NCBI GenBank assembly: GCA_965113315.1
Contig: OZ220368.1
DNA: 64,000 nucleotides
Direction: 5' to 3' (one strand)
DNA from: Podarcis vaucheri
Lineage: Eukaryota
In this document: piece after piece, positions 60,863 through 64,000 of the stretch
Layout: each line of letters starts with the position of its first letter
Numbering within the stretch: the stretch's first letter is position 1
Made by a program: the position numbers and the translations under genes
Notes under the pieces: generated by a model
Told to the model about the DNA's origin: nothing
Seen by the model: the letters and a program-made list of their open reading frames with translations, nothing else
Database searches by the model: none

Positions 60863-61873
60863 CGCCTTCAATCATAATAATTCCATCTGATCCATGTGGT
60901 GGCTGCCATCCAGATATTTAATAACTGGAAGAGGAGTTAAGAGAGCAGGTAAAAAACCCATTCACAACTCCACCAAAGGAAGGGAGGGTTCTTATGTTCT
61001 TTGGCTTCTCTAAAGGGGCATATTTTGCATGTATACAGTCATTTCAGGTCTCATGACATGCATCATACCCATGAAGGAACAACAGCACAGCAAGTAATTA
61101 TGGAATGGAGGTTTTTATACATATATAAAAAACAGCAACACTATATGACATAAACAAGAAAAACTAAATACTTCCTTCTGGCCACCCTGGGAGACAGAGG
61201 CAACTCCAGGGCAAAACAAAAAAGCACAACAACCTACCTCCAAAACCAAGGCAACCAAGAAGCAAATTAGATTTGCTATGGACTGAGCTCTGTCTCAAAT
61301 ATTATTGGTATCTTCCCCAAACAGAAACAAAGTTATGTTTCACATTAAAGGCTTGATCCTAAACCTATTGACTTGGAATCAAGCCCTATTGATTTCAACT
61401 GGCTTTATGTCCAAATTTTAAGAAAGGCATGAAGAGTTGTACTGTTCCCAAGTCTTTACCGTATCTCTATGAACACTACGAGCCATTGCTCCTTTTGGAT
61501 TTCCTGCCTGCCATGAAACAGCTAAAGCTCTATAAACCAGAAGTGGGGAACCTGTGGCCACACAGAAATTGCTCCCATTGGCAGCATGGTCAATGGCAAT
61601 AGATAATGGGAAATAGAATCCAACAACATCTGGACGGTCACAGATTCCCCAGCCCTGATCGTAAGAGAGTGGCACAAGCTGCCAAACTGGCTTGTGTCAG
61701 AGGTTCCATGATGTCGTCAAAGAAATGGTTCAATAGGCAAATAGGTTAACCAATCCACATTCCTCGGGGACTACGTCAAACAAAGACAACCCTGGATGCC
61801 ACAAAGCAGGGAAGACAGAATTTGAATTTGGGAAAATGATGTGATTATGTTATTCTGTAACACCATGTATGTT

Positions 61874-62097
61874 AAAATAAAAAAATCCCTTCCAGTAGCA
61901 CCTTAAAGACCAACTAAGTTAGTTCTTGGTATGAGCTTTCGTGTGCATGCACACTTCTTCAGATACAGATATCTGAAGAAGTGTGCATGCACACGGAAGC
62001 TCATACCAAGAACTAACTTAGTTGGTCTTTAAGATGCTACTGGAAGGGATTTTTTTATTTTGACTATGGCAGACCAACACGGCTACCTATCTGTAAC
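61874..62097. mobile_element. Penelope-like element remnant: 92-bp inverted arms plus a short unpaired 3' extension
   Basis: Arms 61874-61965 and 61970-62061 with 2 mismatches and a 4-nt spacer; contains the CTGAAGA...GAAA hammerhead core typical of PLE pseudo-LTRs. Confidence 0.75.
61929..61966 (-). ncRNA. Minimal type I hammerhead ribozyme motif
   Basis: GTAT-CTGAAGA-A-GTGTGCATGCACAC-GAAA-GC-TC^ATAC: stem I GTAT/ATAC, palindromic stem II, minimal AGCT stem III. Confidence 0.6.
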
Positions 62098-63539
62098 TGG
62101 AATTTAAAAAAAACAACAATTATGAATGAGAATCCTAACACACATTTTTATATATAATTCCATTATCTTAAGAAGTAGCTACATGGTTGTAGTTATAAAT
62201 GGATATGCTGCAGGAATGTTATACAATGATGCCTTGTACAATCAACTAAGTGTAATGCTTCTATGAGATTCTTTGAAGGGTGTGATGGAGTGACTACTAT
62301 CACTTGCATAATTTAACAGTGATTACACATAGCTCAACCTGACAATCCACATATCCTAATCTGGCAGTGCATAAAAATGTAATATTTATTATGATAGTGT
62401 TAGTCTCAACTAGACAGAAACATATTTGTTTCTAGACCAAGTTGGCAATCCTAAGTGTATTTTCTAGTGTAAGTTCAACTGAAAACAATGTGACTTATTT
62501 CTAAGTAAATTTACATGATATTGTGCCATAAACTGTAATGTAAACATACTTAACTGGGAACCTAACCCTGTTGAGTTTAAAGGGAATTACTATTATTTTT
62601 AGTATAGGCTTGCATCATAAGGTGGCAAATCTTGCATTATCTTGTGCCGACATCATCAATAAACCTCATATTTAGAATCTCAGAATACTGGACACAATGG
62701 TTCCATGGCCTATCACAGCCTATCAGAGCCTTATCTGTGGTGGCCCCACACCTAACAAATTCCTTTCCCAGGGAAATATGTGTGAGTGGCTCTAGAAAGA
62801 ACCTTCAGGGCTTCATAAAAAATTCAATAAATCTACATTTGGTTGGAGTGCGGTCGTTTGAATTTTATCTGTAGCTGCCCATTAATCAGAACATTGTTGG
62901 ATTTTATTGTGGTAGGGGGAGGTGATCTTATGTGATTTTATTTTTAAAAATTGTGAAGTTCCTTGGGAGGGCTATGCTGAAACACAGCTTGGAAAACTTT
63001 TAAGCCAGTCAATAAATTCTACAAAATGGTTTGGACAGGCAATAGTGAAGAACACATATGGTATGTAGGCCTCACCTCTCCAATCCTGTCTACATCCTAG
63101 GGTTCTACAAGCTGAAAGGTTTCCATTGTGACTCAACAAGCAGGGAATGAAGTTACATTCACTGGACCTATATCAACAAAGGCACCCAAGTCAGAAATAA
63201 CCCAAGTGATTTTTTGTCTGCAAAGAGTTGTGCAAATTCTTCACAAAAGGCTATCAAGTGGTCCAAATTGTCTTCTCATAAGGTGGATCACAGTACGCCA
63301 TTGACCAGCCCCAAAGGTGTGGATATTATTATTATTATTAAATTTATATACCACCCTTTATTCGAAGATCACAGGGTGGTTTTCAACAAAAAACCACCAA
63401 ATAATTCTTTAATTGAGCTCTAGCCCATGTTTGGTTGGGTTTGCTCAGAGTTTTCCACCAGCTTCACTCTAGTCTTCAGTCCAGTCATTTTATTGGTCAC
63501 AGTTCCCTGGAAAACCAGAGAACTCATTTTGGCTTTGTT

Positions 63540-63870
63540 CCATGGGAGGGGATGCTTGGGATTTGTGTGAACTGTCCTAATCATTTCTCCATTCCGGAAA
63601 TTGACCAGAGCTTCATCAGAATCACCTGCCAAGGTGACAGCAAAGTCCCTGAGAGGCACCAGGAAACCATCTGGATCCATCAACCTCCTGGGGTGGTTCA
63701 TCCTAATTGGTCCCCCACCCCTGCAGAGGTTCTAAGTCACAGCAAGTCAAAACCCCACCAGGTGGTGGTGAAGTCGCCACTTCAAATGTTACTTAAGTCT
63801 CACTGGGTGGACTACTCGTGTTCAATCCCACACCTGTATTATGGGAATGGGGATGGCCTGCCTTAAAAGG
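63540..63870 (-). mobile_element. Degraded L2/CR1-group LINE ORF2 fragment
   Basis: Translates as GGGPIRMNHPRRLMDPDGFLVPLRDF, resembling the post-endonuclease region of squamate LINE ORF2. A LINE-like tail lies at 63327-63388. Confidence 0.6.
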
Positions 63871-64000
63871 CCACTATATTAAGCTGAAATATGGATTGTA
63901 AATCATGATATGTTGTACTGAAAAGTATACTTCGCCCAGTAAAACATCCTAAAAGTTAATGAATGAATGAATTAAATAACAAAAAAAGAGCAAAAGTCTA

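Noticed and set aside
63420-63866. 93-aa and 143-aa ORFs at the window end
   Set aside because: They derive from a decayed LINE ORF2 fragment and its antisense strand, not from a host gene.

Overview
Vertebrate genomic DNA, most likely a lacertid lizard (judged from its Sauria-type and Squam-type SINEs and squamate L2/CR1 LINE tails). It holds two convergent genes. (1) The 3' end of SLC44A5 (choline transporter-like 5, + strand) has two homologous alternative terminal exons (584-696 and 4608-4714) and a long 3'UTR. (2) A complete 9-exon LHX8 (LIM-homeobox, - strand, 43665 down to 23063) gives 1158 nt / 385 aa with all junctions GT-AG and phase-consistent. LHX8 sits in a ~10 kb CpG-rich domain, with a second CpG island 14-16 kb upstream. 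The rest is intron and intergenic DNA with hAT and Tc1/mariner MITEs (several with intact TSDs), SINEs, LINE fragments and microsatellites. The most notable observations are: a 92-bp-arm palindrome of Penelope-like origin carrying a minimal hammerhead-ribozyme core; the duplicated SLC44A5 last exons with clustered splicing-regulator motifs; a possible alternative first coding exon or uORF of LHX8; a homeodomain/NKX motif-dense block in LHX8 intron 1; and miR-30 and miR-302/430-type sites in the LHX8 3'UTR. I found no evidence for a wholly new multi-gene system. Gene and repeat names rest on recalled similarity, not on a database search.
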